DNA of 64,000 nt from Anaerolineales bacterium (GCA_050012135.1 JBEKHT010000004.1:13249-77248); one strand, 5' to 3'. Numbered from the stretch's first letter, positions 9,261-19,691 are shown. Numbers and translations: made by a program. The notes: a model not told the origin generated them from the sequence alone.

Positions 9261-10025
9261 ATGAATCTGCTCGGTCAGGCGTACACGGTTCAGCTCCCAG
9301 TCTTTGAAGGACCCCTCGATCTTCTCCTGCATTTGATCGAACGATCAGAGCTGGATATCACCAAGGTGGCCCTGGCCCAGGTGACGGACCAGTTTCTCAG
9401 CTATCTGCACTCGATGCACGAGAAGCGACTGGATGAAGTGGCTGGTTTCCTGGCGATCGCCGCCAAGCTAGTCCAGATCAAGAGCGAGGCACTTCTGCCC
9501 CGGCCCCCGGAAAGGGAACCCGGGGAGGAGGATCCCGGCGAAGCGCTGGCTCAGCAGCTGCGCCTCTACCGAGAATTCAAGAGGGCCGCCGGATTCCTTC
9601 GGGATCGGCAAGAGTCCGGCCTGCGAACTTATATCCGCCTGGCACCGCCCCCCCGACTTCCGCCTCGGCTGGACCTGAGCGGGCTGACCCTGGAGGATCT
9701 TTTCCGGTCGGCTTGGTCGGCCCTCAGTCGAAAAGAGGAGGCCCAGCCGCTGAGCATGATTGTCAGCCCGCCCCAGGTTACCATTCGCGAACAGATTCGC
9801 CATATTGCCCAGTCGATCCGGCGGGATGGAAGGGCTTTCTTTCATCACTTAGTGGGTGGCTTCCGCACGCGCATGGAGGTGGTGGTGGCCTTCCTGGCCA
9901 TGCTCGAACTGGTCAAACGCCGGCAAGTGATCCTGAGGCAGTCGGACCTGTTTGGGGAAATCGAGGTCCTGCCCACAGAAACCTGGGACGACAACGCGGA
10001 CTTTGAACTCGAGTTCGGCGAATAA
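9261..10025 (+). CDS. scpA: segregation and condensation protein A
   Basis: The N-terminus LPVFEGPLDLLLHLIERSELDITKVALAQVTDQFL is the ScpA signature. Confidence 0.9.
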   Translation: MNLLGQAYTVQLPVFEGPLDLLLHLIERSELDITKVALAQVTDQFLSYLHSMHEKRLDEVAGFLAIAAKLVQIKSEALLPRPPEREPGEEDPGEALAQQLRLYREFKRAAGFLRDRQESGLRTYIRLAPPPRLPPRLDLSGLTLEDLFRSAWSALSRKEEAQPLSMIVSPPQVTIREQIRHIAQSIRRDGRAFFHHLVGGFRTRMEVVVAFLAMLELVKRRQVILRQSDLFGEIEVLPTETWDDNADFELEFGE

Positions 10026-10048
10026 GGTCACCTCACCTCGGCACCCCG

Positions 10049-11809
10049 ATGGCCATCCATCTCCTTCCTCCGGAAGTCGCCTCTCAAATCGCCGCCGGAG
10101 AAGTCGTGGAACGACCCGCCTCCGTCGTCAAGGAATTGGTTGAGAACGCGCTGGATGCGGGCGCTCGCAACATCACGGTTCAGGTGGAGGGAGCCGGAAC
10201 GCGGCTGATCCGGGTTACCGACGACGGCAGCGGCATCCCCTCAGCAGAGATCCCCCTGACGGTGGAACGACACGCGACGAGCAAACTCAGCACGGCCGCG
10301 GACCTCCAGCGGATCGCCACCCTCGGGTTTAGGGGCGAGGCCCTCGCCTCCATCGCGGCCGTATCCCGACTGAAGCTGATAAGTCGTCCTGCCTCGGAGG
10401 AGCGGGGCGCCTCGATCTCCGTGGATGGGGGCCAGGCCACCCCCCCGAAACTGACGGGGGCCCCCCCTGGAACGAGCGTGACGGTGGAGGACCTGTTCTT
10501 CTCCGTCCCCGCTCGCCGGAAGTTCCTGAAGAGCGAGCAGACGGAGAGACGGCAAATCGACTTGCTCGTCTGCCGATACGCCCTCGCCTTCAGTCAGGTT
10601 CGCTTTCGATTGGCCCAAGAAGGGCGCGAGGTTCTGCGGACCAGTGGAAGCGGTGACCGGCGTGAGGCCCTGGCCGCCGTTTTTGGGGCGGACGTCGCCC
10701 GGAGCATGCTCGCCCTGCAGCCCCTCTCTGCCACAAGCCTGGTTTCGGTCGAGGGATTTGTCAGCCCTCCCAGCCGGTCGCACTCGAATCGAAGGGACAT
10801 CCTGCTGTTTGTCAATCGGCGTTGGATTCAGGACGGAGCCCTCACAACCGCGGTCGTGCAGGCCTACCACACCCTGCTCATGGTGGGGCGCTACCCGCTT
10901 GCGGCGCTCTTTCTCTCCCTGCCTCCCGAGGAGGTCGATGTCAATGTCCACCCGGCCAAGAAGGAGGTTCGCTTCCGCAATCCGAATGCGGTTTTCGCGG
11001 CCGTCCAAAAAACCATCCGTCAGAATCTGATTCAGTTTGCTCCGGTCGCGGGAACGGCAGAGCCGGGAGCGGGGGCCGCCTGGGGCCGGGGAGAACACGG
11101 CGACCGGCCCGTGTCGCCCGATTGGCACTTTCTGGAACCGGGACCGTTTCGGCCGAGTCTGACGGAGAACGGCAAAACGGCTCCTGCCTGGGCACCCGCC
11201 TGGCCGAGGCAGGATCCCTCGGCGCCGGCCTCGGTTCCCCCGCTTCGCGTGCTGGGTCAGGTAGGCGCAACCTACATCGTTGCCGAAGGACCGGATGGGC
11301 TCTACCTGATCGACCAGCACGCCGCGCACGAACGTGTCCTGTACGAGGGAATGATGCGCAATTTGGGGGCCGAGGGCTTCGCCCAGTCGCTGCTGCAGCC
11401 GGTGCTGATAGAACTTCCGGCGCCAAGCGCACAATTGATCCGGGATGAATTGATCAGTCTCCAACGGATTGGTTTTGACATCGAGGCCTTCGGAGAAAAG
11501 GCCTTTCGCATCCGGGCCATTCCCCCAGCCCTTCAGCGCCTCGGGGCGGAGGAAGCGATTCAGGCAGTGCTGGAGGACTTGGAGGGGGAGGAACCCCCTC
11601 TGGCCCAAGGCCGGGAGGCCCGCCTGATCGCTCGCGTCTGCAAAAGGGCGGCAGTCAAGGGCGGACAAGCCCTGCCGGTCGACGAGCAGGAGGCCTTGCT
11701 GAAGAAACTTGAGGAATGCGAATCGCCTCGGACGTGCCCTCACGGACGGCCGACGATGATTCGCCTGTCAGTCGACCTGCTCGAACGGCAGTTCGGCAGA
11801 AGGGGTTGA
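10049..11809 (+). CDS. mutL: DNA mismatch repair protein MutL
   Basis: LPPEVASQIAAGEVVERPASVVKELVENALDAGA and DDGSGI are GHKL motifs. The C-terminal dimerisation/endonuclease region contains YLIDQHAAHERV. Confidence 0.95.
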   Translation: MAIHLLPPEVASQIAAGEVVERPASVVKELVENALDAGARNITVQVEGAGTRLIRVTDDGSGIPSAEIPLTVERHATSKLSTAADLQRIATLGFRGEALASIAAVSRLKLISRPASEERGASISVDGGQATPPKLTGAPPGTSVTVEDLFFSVPARRKFLKSEQTERRQIDLLVCRYALAFSQVRFRLAQEGREVLRTSGSGDRREALAAVFGADVARSMLALQPLSATSLVSVEGFVSPPSRSHSNRRDILLFVNRRWIQDGALTTAVVQAYHTLLMVGRYPLAALFLSLPPEEVDVNVHPAKKEVRFRNPNAVFAAVQKTIRQNLIQFAPVAGTAEPGAGAAWGRGEHGDRPVSPDWHFLEPGPFRPSLTENGKTAPAWAPAWPRQDPSAPASVPPLRVLGQVGATYIVAEGPDGLYLIDQHAAHERVLYEGMMRNLGAEGFAQSLLQPVLIELPAPSAQLIRDELISLQRIGFDIEAFGEKAFRIRAIPPALQRLGAEEAIQAVLEDLEGEEPPLAQGREARLIARVCKRAAVKGGQALPVDEQEALLKKLEECESPRTCPHGRPTMIRLSVDLLERQFGRRG

Positions 11810-11982
11810 TCCGGCCCGGCGGCCCACCGCCGTGGGGATCCGCCCAGGGGAACACGGAAGGGCAAAGCTTGCGGGAGCAGGCCGCCCACGCCCGCGAAAG
11901 CCTTGCGGCTGGAATCCCAAGTCGCACAGAACGTGTTGAGCCCGGCACTATGACGGCCGGCGGCTAGGCTGCGCAAGACGGG

Positions 11983-12465
11983 TTAGTCGTGGGGTCTTTC
12001 CGCAGGGTGGCTGACGAGGCTGCGCTCCGCGTTGATCTTGCTGATCCCATTGCGAACCTGGTTCAGCAGGGTGGTCATCTCGGTCTCGATCTTTGAAAGC
12101 GATTCCAGGACATAGTCGTCGGCGTCACGCCGCAGAACGTCGGCCTCGGACCGCGCTTGGCCAAGGATCTGCTCCGCTCGAGCCTGCGCGGCGACTGTGA
12201 CCGCGTCTCGCTGCACTTGAGCTTCGACCCTTTCTCGCGCCAGCTCCACCGTTCTCTGGGCCTCCTCTTGAGCCTGGGCCAGAAGCCGATCCCGCTGGGC
12301 GAGAACTTGCTGGGCTTTCTTCACCTCCTCGGGAATCGTGACCCGCAGCTGATCCACCAGCTCGAGAAAGTGGTCCTCGTTGACGATGGATTCATTTGTC
12401 AGAGGGATGTGTCGGCTGTGATTGAACAGCTCCTCCAGCCGATCGATGAGGTGAAGGATGTCCAT
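11983..12465 (-). CDS. hypothetical coiled-coil protein
   Basis: 160 aa with coding-like codon usage. MDILHLIDRLEELF... is followed by a long Q/E/A/R-rich helical segment. I cannot name a family with confidence. Confidence 0.6.
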   Translation of the reverse strand: MDILHLIDRLEELFNHSRHIPLTNESIVNEDHFLELVDQLRVTIPEEVKKAQQVLAQRDRLLAQAQEEAQRTVELARERVEAQVQRDAVTVAAQARAEQILGQARSEADVLRRDADDYVLESLSKIETEMTTLLNQVRNGISKINAERSLVSHPAERPHD

Positions 12466-12656
12466 GCAAGCCTCCGGAGCTGCAGGTGCCTCCGCGCCCG
12501 AGCGACTGTGCCCGTGAGGCGGCGAGTCGCCCGACGCCGCCCAGGTGAGGGGGATATCCTCTTGAGCGGTTGCCCTCGAAGATACAATGGAACCTGCGGG
12601 ACGTCAATCCGGCAGACGAAAGCCCCGGCCTGAAATCGCCCCGGCCCAACCTGGGT

Positions 12657-13184
12657 CTAGTCCCTGAGAGACTCCATTGGAAACACCTGCTGGCTATCCT
12701 CACCCAGCTCCTTGAAGCGCCGCAGCAGGGCTTCTCGGACGTGGGGTGGGACCATGCTGCTCACATCCCCGCCCAGGGAGGCAATCTCCCGGACCGTGGA
12801 CGACGAGAGGAAGGTGTGCTCCTCGCTCGTGATCAGGGCGACCACTTCAATCCCGGGTTTGAGGCGGTGGTTGGCCAGGGCCATCCGGAATTCGTGCTCG
12901 AAGTCCGAGAACACCCGCAGGCCACGAACGATCACCTGGGCTTCGACCTCCTGGCAGAATTGGACGGTCAGCGAGCTGTAGCCCATGACCCGGAAATGCC
13001 GGTCCCCCTCAAAACACTTGCGCACCAGGTTCAAGCGCTCCTCCGGAGCAAACAGCAGGCTCTTCAATGGCCGATCGTAGACGGCGATCACCACCTCTTC
13101 GAACAGCCGCGAGGCGCGCTGGGCGATATCAATGTGTCCGTAGTGCACGGGATCAAAGGTGCCAGGGAAGACAGCGCGAACCAT
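12657..13184 (-). CDS. coaD: phosphopantetheine adenylyltransferase
   Basis: AVFPGTFDPVHYGHIDIAQRA and SSSTVREI are CoaD motifs. Confidence 0.9.
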   Translation of the reverse strand: MVRAVFPGTFDPVHYGHIDIAQRASRLFEEVVIAVYDRPLKSLLFAPEERLNLVRKCFEGDRHFRVMGYSSLTVQFCQEVEAQVIVRGLRVFSDFEHEFRMALANHRLKPGIEVVALITSEEHTFLSSSTVREIASLGGDVSSMVPPHVREALLRRFKELGEDSQQVFPMESLRD

Positions 13185-15694
13185 CAGGATATGTCTCCTT
13201 GTCCGGGTTTCCAGAGCCCGGCGAGGCGTTCGGCCATCAAACGGTGCTCCGGCCGCCTCAGCTCGGGATCCTCCCGGAAGACTCGTTGTGCCGCGGATCG
13301 AGCCAACTCAACTAGGTGCAGATCCGTCAACTTGGCCATGCGTAGATCCGCGAACCCGGATTGCCTGGTGCCGAGGAACTCACCGGGCCCGCGTTGGTCC
13401 AGGTCGCGCTCGGCGAGAGCGAACCCGTCGGAGGTTTCTTCCATTGCCTTGAGGCGCTCATTTTCGGCCGCATCCTCCGATTCGGCCACCAAGAGACAAT
13501 AGGCCGGATCTGGCCCGCGTCCCACCCGTCCGCGAAATTGATGGAGTTGCGCAAGCCCAAACCGGTTGGCTCCTTCCACCATGATCACGGAGGCATTAGG
13601 GACGTCCACGCCCAGTTCCACCACCGAAGTGCTCACGAGCACGTCCAGCTCATGCTGTCGAAACTTTTCCATCACGGTCTCTTTGTCTTCCGCTTTCATC
13701 TTTCCATGAAGGAGCCCCAGGTGCCAGCGCGGGAACACATCCTTCTGCAGGCGTCCGTGTTCTTCTACGGCGGCCGTTGCCTCCACGGATTCCGATTCCT
13801 CCACCAAGGGGCAAATGACGAAGGCCTGGCGTCCCTGCTCGAGCTGCCTGGCGATGAACCCGTAGGCGCGTTCCCGTTCGCCTGACAGCATCACGCGCGT
13901 CGTCACCGGCTGCCGTCCAGGCGGCTTCTCGTCCAGAAGGGAGAGGTCCAGGTCCCCATAGATGGTCAGCGCCAGGGTTCGAGGGATCGGGGTTGCCGTC
14001 ATCACCAGCAAGTGGGGCGTGGCCCCTTTGGATCGCAACGCAGACCGTTGTCCCACCCCAAAGCGATGCTGCTCGTCCACAACCGCCAAGGCCAGGTTCG
14101 CGAATTTCACCCCCGGCTCAAGCAGCGCATGGGTCCCGATCAGGACGCGGAGGCTCCCCGACCCGAGCGCCTCGCGGATGCGCACCTTTTCCCCCTCGGG
14201 AGTGGACCCGAGCAGCAGTTGAACCTCCTGGGGCGAATACGGCCGGGGCCGAGGCGGCTCCGATTCGATCTCGCTTGAACAGAGAAGGGAGAGAAAGGTC
14301 TGGTAGTGCTGCTCGGCCAAGATGCTGGTGGGAGCCAGTACCGCCACTTGGCCGCCCCCTGAAGCGACCAGGTGGGCCGCCGCCACGGCGATCACGGTCT
14401 TTCCGGATCCGACATCGCCCTGCAGCAGGCGATTCATGGGTCGGCCCGAACTCAAGTCCTGCTGGATTTCCTGCAGGGTGCGTTCCTGGGCGCGGGTCAG
14501 TGGGTAACCCAGCGATCCCTTCCAGGCATCGAATCCTTCGGGTGGAGGGAACCGTGCCGAGCTGGCCGATTCCCAGTCACGTTTCTGTTGCAGGACTCCC
14601 AGCTGGAGATAAAAGAGCTCGTCGAAGGCCAGTCTCGCTTGAGCCGAGCGCAAGGCGTCCCAGTTCGAGGGGAAGTGGGCTTGCTGGACCGCCTCGCTCA
14701 GCGGCATCCATTCCCCCTCCCGCCGAACGGGCTCGGGCAAGGGGTCCGGCAGCCGATTGGCCCAGAAACGGACCGTGCTCTGCATCACGTTGCGGAACCA
14801 CTTCTGGTGGATGCCGGAGGTCAAACCGTAGACCGGAACGATGCCCCGGGTATGCACCTGCTGGCGGTCGAGGGGCTCCCACTCCGGGGAGGTCATGGTC
14901 AATCGGCCCAGGTACTGGTCAACCCGACCGGAGAGGGCCAACATGTCCCCGGGCTTCAGGCGCTGGGCCAACCAGGGCTGGTTGAACCAAGTCACACGCA
15001 GCGATCCACTCCCATCGCTCACGACGGCCTCGACCAGGCTGCCCTGACCCGCATGGATCTTGCGCGATTCGATTTTCTCAAGAAGGCCGATGACGGTAAC
15101 CACCTCGCCGTACCAAAGACGCTGGATCGGCTTGAGACTGGAGTAGTCATCGAACCTGCGTGGGAAGTCCCAAAGCAGATCTCCCAAGGTGCGCAGGCCA
15201 ATGCGCTCCAGCTTCCTGGCTGTCGCCGGACCGATCCCTTGAATGACGGTCAGCGGAGACTGGAGCGCCTTCAGGTCGGCCTCCGCCGTCGGGCGGGATT
15301 GAGAATCGGGAGGGGCAGGAAGCGCCGCGTCCGCGCGATCCGGTCTGGGGACGGATTGGCCAGAGGTATCGGAAGATTCCTCTCCTTTGGAAACAGGAGG
15401 CGTCGAGGAGGGTCTTTGCGATACGGGTGGAATGGCGGTCAGGCCCAGCCGGTGGCGGATCCCGCCCAGCACTTCGGCCCGGGACTCGGGGGTGAGGCGA
15501 TCATAATCTTGGAGGCGGCTGATGACGAGTTGAATCAGTTCCTGAGGCAGGCCGCTTTCTGTGGCCTCTTTCGTCCAGGTGTCGAGGATCTTGTCCAATC
15601 CGCCCAGGACGGCGCGATTGTCGAAACTGCGTTCGGCCTCGAGCTTCAGGAACTTGTCAATCTTGTCCAGAGCAGGATTCATCGTGGAGGTCAT
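13184..15694 (-). CDS. recG: ATP-dependent DNA helicase RecG
   Basis: Wedge/OB domain plus SF2 helicase motifs (LLQGDVGSGKT, DEQHRFG, MTATPIPRTL, QLHQFRGRVGRG). The start was trimmed to ATG 15694 (MTSTMNPALDK); the longer ORF would overlap the upstream degV. Confidence 0.9.
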   Translation of the reverse strand: MTSTMNPALDKIDKFLKLEAERSFDNRAVLGGLDKILDTWTKEATESGLPQELIQLVISRLQDYDRLTPESRAEVLGGIRHRLGLTAIPPVSQRPSSTPPVSKGEESSDTSGQSVPRPDRADAALPAPPDSQSRPTAEADLKALQSPLTVIQGIGPATARKLERIGLRTLGDLLWDFPRRFDDYSSLKPIQRLWYGEVVTVIGLLEKIESRKIHAGQGSLVEAVVSDGSGSLRVTWFNQPWLAQRLKPGDMLALSGRVDQYLGRLTMTSPEWEPLDRQQVHTRGIVPVYGLTSGIHQKWFRNVMQSTVRFWANRLPDPLPEPVRREGEWMPLSEAVQQAHFPSNWDALRSAQARLAFDELFYLQLGVLQQKRDWESASSARFPPPEGFDAWKGSLGYPLTRAQERTLQEIQQDLSSGRPMNRLLQGDVGSGKTVIAVAAAHLVASGGGQVAVLAPTSILAEQHYQTFLSLLCSSEIESEPPRPRPYSPQEVQLLLGSTPEGEKVRIREALGSGSLRVLIGTHALLEPGVKFANLALAVVDEQHRFGVGQRSALRSKGATPHLLVMTATPIPRTLALTIYGDLDLSLLDEKPPGRQPVTTRVMLSGERERAYGFIARQLEQGRQAFVICPLVEESESVEATAAVEEHGRLQKDVFPRWHLGLLHGKMKAEDKETVMEKFRQHELDVLVSTSVVELGVDVPNASVIMVEGANRFGLAQLHQFRGRVGRGPDPAYCLLVAESEDAAENERLKAMEETSDGFALAERDLDQRGPGEFLGTRQSGFADLRMAKLTDLHLVELARSAAQRVFREDPELRRPEHRLMAERLAGLWKPGQGDIS

Positions 15695-15729
15695 CCCCGG
15701 TCTGGGCGGCAGCGTCGCGCCCTCTGGGC

Positions 15730-16614
15730 TCAATCCGGCGAGGACAAGGCGGCCAGCCCCAGGGCGCCCGGACCCGCATGCACACCAATCAGCGGCGTGG
15801 CTTCGACTACCCAGGGGGGCTGGGCGCCTCCGGCCGGCCAAAGTCCGGGAAGAGCCCGCAATTGAGCCAGGAGTTCATGAGCTTCGGATTCTGCCTTCAC
15901 GTGCAGCACGGCCAGTTGCTCGAGGGGCCCCCAGGAGGCGGCCTGAGTCATTAACCCCGAGATGGCCTTGGAGCGCGTACGAAACTGGCCCATACGCTCC
16001 ACGGCGCCTCCCACCAATGTCACCAGAAGCCGGATTTGCAGAATGGTGCCGAGTTCCGCCTGAAGCCAGGATATCCTCCCGCTCCGGCGCAAGTTCTCCA
16101 GCTGATCAATCAGGGCAATGAAGCGGACACGTTCCTTCAGATCGCGAAGAAGTCCCAGCAACTGGCTCCCGGAAGCGCCCTTTAGAGCCGCCTCCGCAAC
16201 GGCCATGACCTGAAAACCCAAAGCCAGCGAGACCTGACCGCTGTCGATCACATGGACGCGATCTTGAAAGCGCTCCGCGGCCACCCGCGCCGCATTGCAG
16301 ATCCCGCTCAGCTGGGAGCTGATATGAATGGAGAGGACCTCAGCCGCACCCTTCCTGAGCAGCTTGGCATAGGCCGCTTCGAAAGTCCCGCTGGACGGCG
16401 CCGCTGTGGTCGGAAGGGGGGAGATCGTGGCCAGTCTCCCATACATTTCCGAGCGGATAAGATCGATCCCATCTCGAAGCCCGCGTCCTCCAATCACCAG
16501 GATGGCCGGGACCACTTCCACGCCAAGACGGTCGGCCTCTGCCTTGGGGATGTCGCAGGTGCTGTCCGTCACCACGCCAACCGTCATCGCCATTCCCTTC
16601 GATTCAGGAGGCAA
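15730..16614 (-). CDS. DegV family fatty-acid-binding protein
   Basis: The VGVVTDSTCDIP N-terminus and overall DegV layout match the family. The true start may be a few codons inside the ORF. Confidence 0.85.
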   Translation of the reverse strand: MPPESKGMAMTVGVVTDSTCDIPKAEADRLGVEVVPAILVIGGRGLRDGIDLIRSEMYGRLATISPLPTTAAPSSGTFEAAYAKLLRKGAAEVLSIHISSQLSGICNAARVAAERFQDRVHVIDSGQVSLALGFQVMAVAEAALKGASGSQLLGLLRDLKERVRFIALIDQLENLRRSGRISWLQAELGTILQIRLLVTLVGGAVERMGQFRTRSKAISGLMTQAASWGPLEQLAVLHVKAESEAHELLAQLRALPGLWPAGGAQPPWVVEATPLIGVHAGPGALGLAALSSPD

Positions 16615-16617
16615 TTC

Positions 16618-17490
16618 CTAGAATCCGCTCTGCTGCCGCGCGGGAGAGTCGAAGGCAATCACTCCGATAGCCCGTGGGCCAAGCAGGGCCGCCACCGAGG
16701 CCCCCAGCTCGGCCACCTGGGCAGGGCAGGTTGGGAAGAGGTCATGAATCCGTTCGATCAGCTGCTGCCCATCCTGTTGGGCCTCCTCCAGTCCACACAG
16801 GATCACGAGGTTGCGCAGGTTGGAAAACTCACTCACAAACTCAACCAGCTTCTCGATCGCCTGCTCGCGCGTGCGTGCCTTCTCGAGCGGGACGAAGCTT
16901 CCGTCCTCCAAGGAAAGAAACGGCTTGACGCCCAGCATCTCTCCCAAGAGGACTTGGGCCCGACTCAGATGCCCGGTTCGGTGCAGGTAGGCCAAGTCCT
17001 CGACCAGGAACACCGCGTACAGGCGGGGGACCAGGTAGCGAACCTGTCTGACGATGTCTTCGAGCGTGGCGCCTTGCTCTGCCAATCGTACGGCTTCCTC
17101 GATGAGCACCCCCAGGCCCGCGGAAGTGGTCTGGGAGTCGATAACCGCAATGTTGGCTCGCCCCAGCAACTCCTCACTCGCCGCGCGCGCGTTTCGCAAA
17201 GTGCGGCTCAGCTTGCCCGACACGTGAATGCAGACAATGTCCTTGGTGCAGTGGGTCAGACCCTCCAGGACGGCGGCAAATGCCTCGACGCTGGGGGAGG
17301 CCAAGACCGGAAGAGTTCCTTGCTGACGGCTCAAATCGTAGAGAGCTTGCGAGTTGATTTCCGACCCGTCGAGGTAGGATCTTGTCCCCAGATGAATCGT
17401 GAGCGGCATCACCGCCACGTTGTGTTTGGAGAAGAATTCGGGATCAGGGAGCCAAGCCGAACTATCCGTCACGATACGTGCTCTGGGCAT
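16618..17490 (-). CDS. DegV family fatty-acid-binding protein (second paralog)
   Basis: ARIVTDSSAWLP...MPLTIHLG matches DegV. The start was trimmed to the internal ATG (MPRARIVTD). Confidence 0.85.
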   Translation of the reverse strand: MPRARIVTDSSAWLPDPEFFSKHNVAVMPLTIHLGTRSYLDGSEINSQALYDLSRQQGTLPVLASPSVEAFAAVLEGLTHCTKDIVCIHVSGKLSRTLRNARAASEELLGRANIAVIDSQTTSAGLGVLIEEAVRLAEQGATLEDIVRQVRYLVPRLYAVFLVEDLAYLHRTGHLSRAQVLLGEMLGVKPFLSLEDGSFVPLEKARTREQAIEKLVEFVSEFSNLRNLVILCGLEEAQQDGQQLIERIHDLFPTCPAQVAELGASVAALLGPRAIGVIAFDSPARQQSGF

Positions 17491-17538
17491 GTTCACAGTC
17501 ACACCTCTATCCATTCGTCCAAGTGGACCCCGCACCGC

Positions 17539-19230
17539 CTATTCGAGGGAGAGAATAAAGGGATAATGGGGTTGGCCTCCCTCGATCAGTTCGATCTCCT
17601 GGGCAGGGAACTTCTTGCGGATCTGCTCCTCGATTTTCTTCGCCTCCGCTGCGGTCAGCTCGCCTCCCCAGTACAGAGCGATCAATTCACAAGTTTGGGC
17701 CCGCCCGTGTACGAGAAGCCGCTCGAGCGTCTCTTGGAGAGTCTCCCCGCTGACCGCCAGGTCGCCGTTGAGCAGGCCGATCATCTGCCCTTTCTCTATG
17801 TGCAGGCCGTTCAGATCCACATCCCGCGTGGCTACGGTGACCTCCCCGGTTTGAACGCTGCAGAGGGCTTGGGTCATTGCTCTTGCGACCATCTCCATGC
17901 TCCCCTCGGCGGAGAAGGCCAGCATCGCAGCGATGCCTTCGGGCACCGTCCGCGAGGGCACGATCATCACCCGCTTGACCGTCAAGTCCTTGGCTTGCTG
18001 GGCGGCCATCTGCACATTCTCGTTGTTCGGGAGAATGATGATTTGATCGGTCGGAAGATTCTCGAACGCGCCCAGGATCTCCTGCGTGCTGGGATTCATC
18101 GTCTGCCCGCCAGGCACGATGGCCGCGGCCCCGAGCGAGGCAAAGACACGAGCGAGGCCTTTTCCGGGCGCCACGACCACTGACGCGAGCTGGCCCGGCA
18201 AGACGGATGCCAAACGGTAAGCCTTCGCGGACTGCTCTTCGGTCGATTGGAGCGCCTGTTCCTGCAGATTCTCGATGGAAACCTTGGAGACACTTCCCAG
18301 TTTCATGATGTAGTCTACAGGACGATATCGCTTTTCGGTAGGCACGTGGATGTGCATCCGATAAATGTCCTCGCCTTGCCCCAACTGGATGGAGGTCCCC
18401 ATCTGCTGAAGTTCGTCGTAGAAGGCGACAATATCCAGTGGGCGGTCCGGGCGGAAGTCCACCACCACCTCGTAATCCTGGCCGGGCTCGACCCGTTCCT
18501 CGGCTTCGCGGATCTGGATGGCCGAAAGAGGCTGAACGGTAGCCGCCGGCTGATCCAGCGACTCGCCGCGAATGGCCCGCAGCATCCCCTCGAGAATGAA
18601 AAACAGGCCCTTGCCTCCGGAGTCCACAACACCTGCCTCGCGCAGGACGTGCAGCAATTCGGGAGTCCGCTGGACCGATTGGTCGGCCGCCCCGACCACC
18701 TCCTCGAGGATCTGAAGAGGAGTGGCGGCCTTGGAATGCGCCTCATTGGCCGCCTTGGCAACGTCGCTGGCGACGGTCAGAATGGTCCCCTCCACGGGCC
18801 GGACAACCCCTTGGTAGGCCGTATCCCTGGCGGTCGCCAGGGCCAAAGCAATGTCGGAGGAATTCATCCTCGGGCGCACATCCAGGCTGCGCGAAAAACC
18901 GCGCCAAAGCTGGGACAAAATCACGCCCGAATTCCCGCGGGCCCCCATCAGCGCCCCTTGAGCCAATGCGTGGGCCACCTTGCCTACATTTCGTTCATCC
19001 AGACTTATGATCTCCCGACAGGCGGCCTGCATGGTCAGCACCATGTTCGTGCCCGTGTCTCCGTCCGGCACGGGGAACACGTTCAGGGCGTTGACCGTTT
19101 GCTGGTTTGCGCTCAGCCAGGAAAGTCCTGCGTTGGCAAGGAACTTGAGCAGGATGCCGTCTACCTGCCTCAGATCGAGTCGGGAACGAGCCAAGGGGGG
19201 GTCCTGTCGCTCAACCGGGTCGATGCCCAT
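17539..19230 (-). CDS. yloV: DAK2 domain fusion protein YloV
   Basis: N-terminal DAK2 domain (NVFPVPDGDTGTNMVLTM) plus a YloV-type C-terminal domain. It follows asp23 as in Firmicutes yloU-yloV. Confidence 0.9.
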   Translation of the reverse strand: MGIDPVERQDPPLARSRLDLRQVDGILLKFLANAGLSWLSANQQTVNALNVFPVPDGDTGTNMVLTMQAACREIISLDERNVGKVAHALAQGALMGARGNSGVILSQLWRGFSRSLDVRPRMNSSDIALALATARDTAYQGVVRPVEGTILTVASDVAKAANEAHSKAATPLQILEEVVGAADQSVQRTPELLHVLREAGVVDSGGKGLFFILEGMLRAIRGESLDQPAATVQPLSAIQIREAEERVEPGQDYEVVVDFRPDRPLDIVAFYDELQQMGTSIQLGQGEDIYRMHIHVPTEKRYRPVDYIMKLGSVSKVSIENLQEQALQSTEEQSAKAYRLASVLPGQLASVVVAPGKGLARVFASLGAAAIVPGGQTMNPSTQEILGAFENLPTDQIIILPNNENVQMAAQQAKDLTVKRVMIVPSRTVPEGIAAMLAFSAEGSMEMVARAMTQALCSVQTGEVTVATRDVDLNGLHIEKGQMIGLLNGDLAVSGETLQETLERLLVHGRAQTCELIALYWGGELTAAEAKKIEEQIRKKFPAQEIELIEGGQPHYPFILSLE

Positions 19231-19633
19231 GGGGAAAGCCTGCTGGGTCCCGAGAGGTTTCAGCCCATGAATCTGGGTTGCTCACTCGCAGGTCTTGAAC
19301 ATGGATATTCACCTCCCGAACGGGGAGCCCCAAGGTGCGCTCAATCTGGTAGTGAACGGAGTCGGCCATGCTGCGGGCCACGGCGGCGATGCGCGTGCCG
19401 TACTCCAGAATGACGTACAGATCAATGGAGATCTCGTCTCCGCCATAGCGTATCTCCACACCCTGGCGAGGATCCCGGGCAGGAGGGTGCATGAAGCTTT
19501 CAAAGCAGCCTCGCGCGGCCATCCCCACCACACCATAGGATTGCAGAGCGGCCTGGCTGGCCAGCGTCGCGATGGCCCGTCGGGAGACACGGATGTTGCC
19601 GAGTGGAGCGTTTTCGCCCGTCGTCATGCCCAC
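19211..19633 (-). CDS. Asp23/Gls24 family envelope stress protein
   Basis: IRVSRRAIATLASQAALQSYGVVGM is the Asp23 family N-terminus. Confidence 0.85.
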   Translation of the reverse strand: MGMTTGENAPLGNIRVSRRAIATLASQAALQSYGVVGMAARGCFESFMHPPARDPRQGVEIRYGGDEISIDLYVILEYGTRIAAVARSMADSVHYQIERTLGLPVREVNIHVQDLRVSNPDSWAETSRDPAGFPHGHRPG

Positions 19634-19662
19634 CTCAGCCCAATCCCTGGTTGATGAGGATC

Positions 19663-19691
19663 TTGCTCCAATCCGCCCGCTGTGGTAAGAT
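19663..19691 (+). promoter_or_regulatory. candidate promoter of rpmB
   Basis: TTGCTC, a 17-nt spacer, then TGgTAAGAT (an extended -10), about 45 nt upstream of rpmB. Confidence 0.35.

Noticed and set aside
10241-11743. 500-aa minus-strand ORF
   Set aside because: It is antisense to mutL, has a low-complexity Arg/Gly/Pro-rich translation and no RBS context. It is a shadow ORF.
14372-15865. 497-aa plus-strand ORF (and 13993-14985)
   Set aside because: They are antisense to recG and have a shadow-ORF composition.
16252-18183. 643-aa plus-strand ORF
   Set aside because: It is antisense to the second DegV gene and yloV and spans a gene boundary. It is a shadow ORF.
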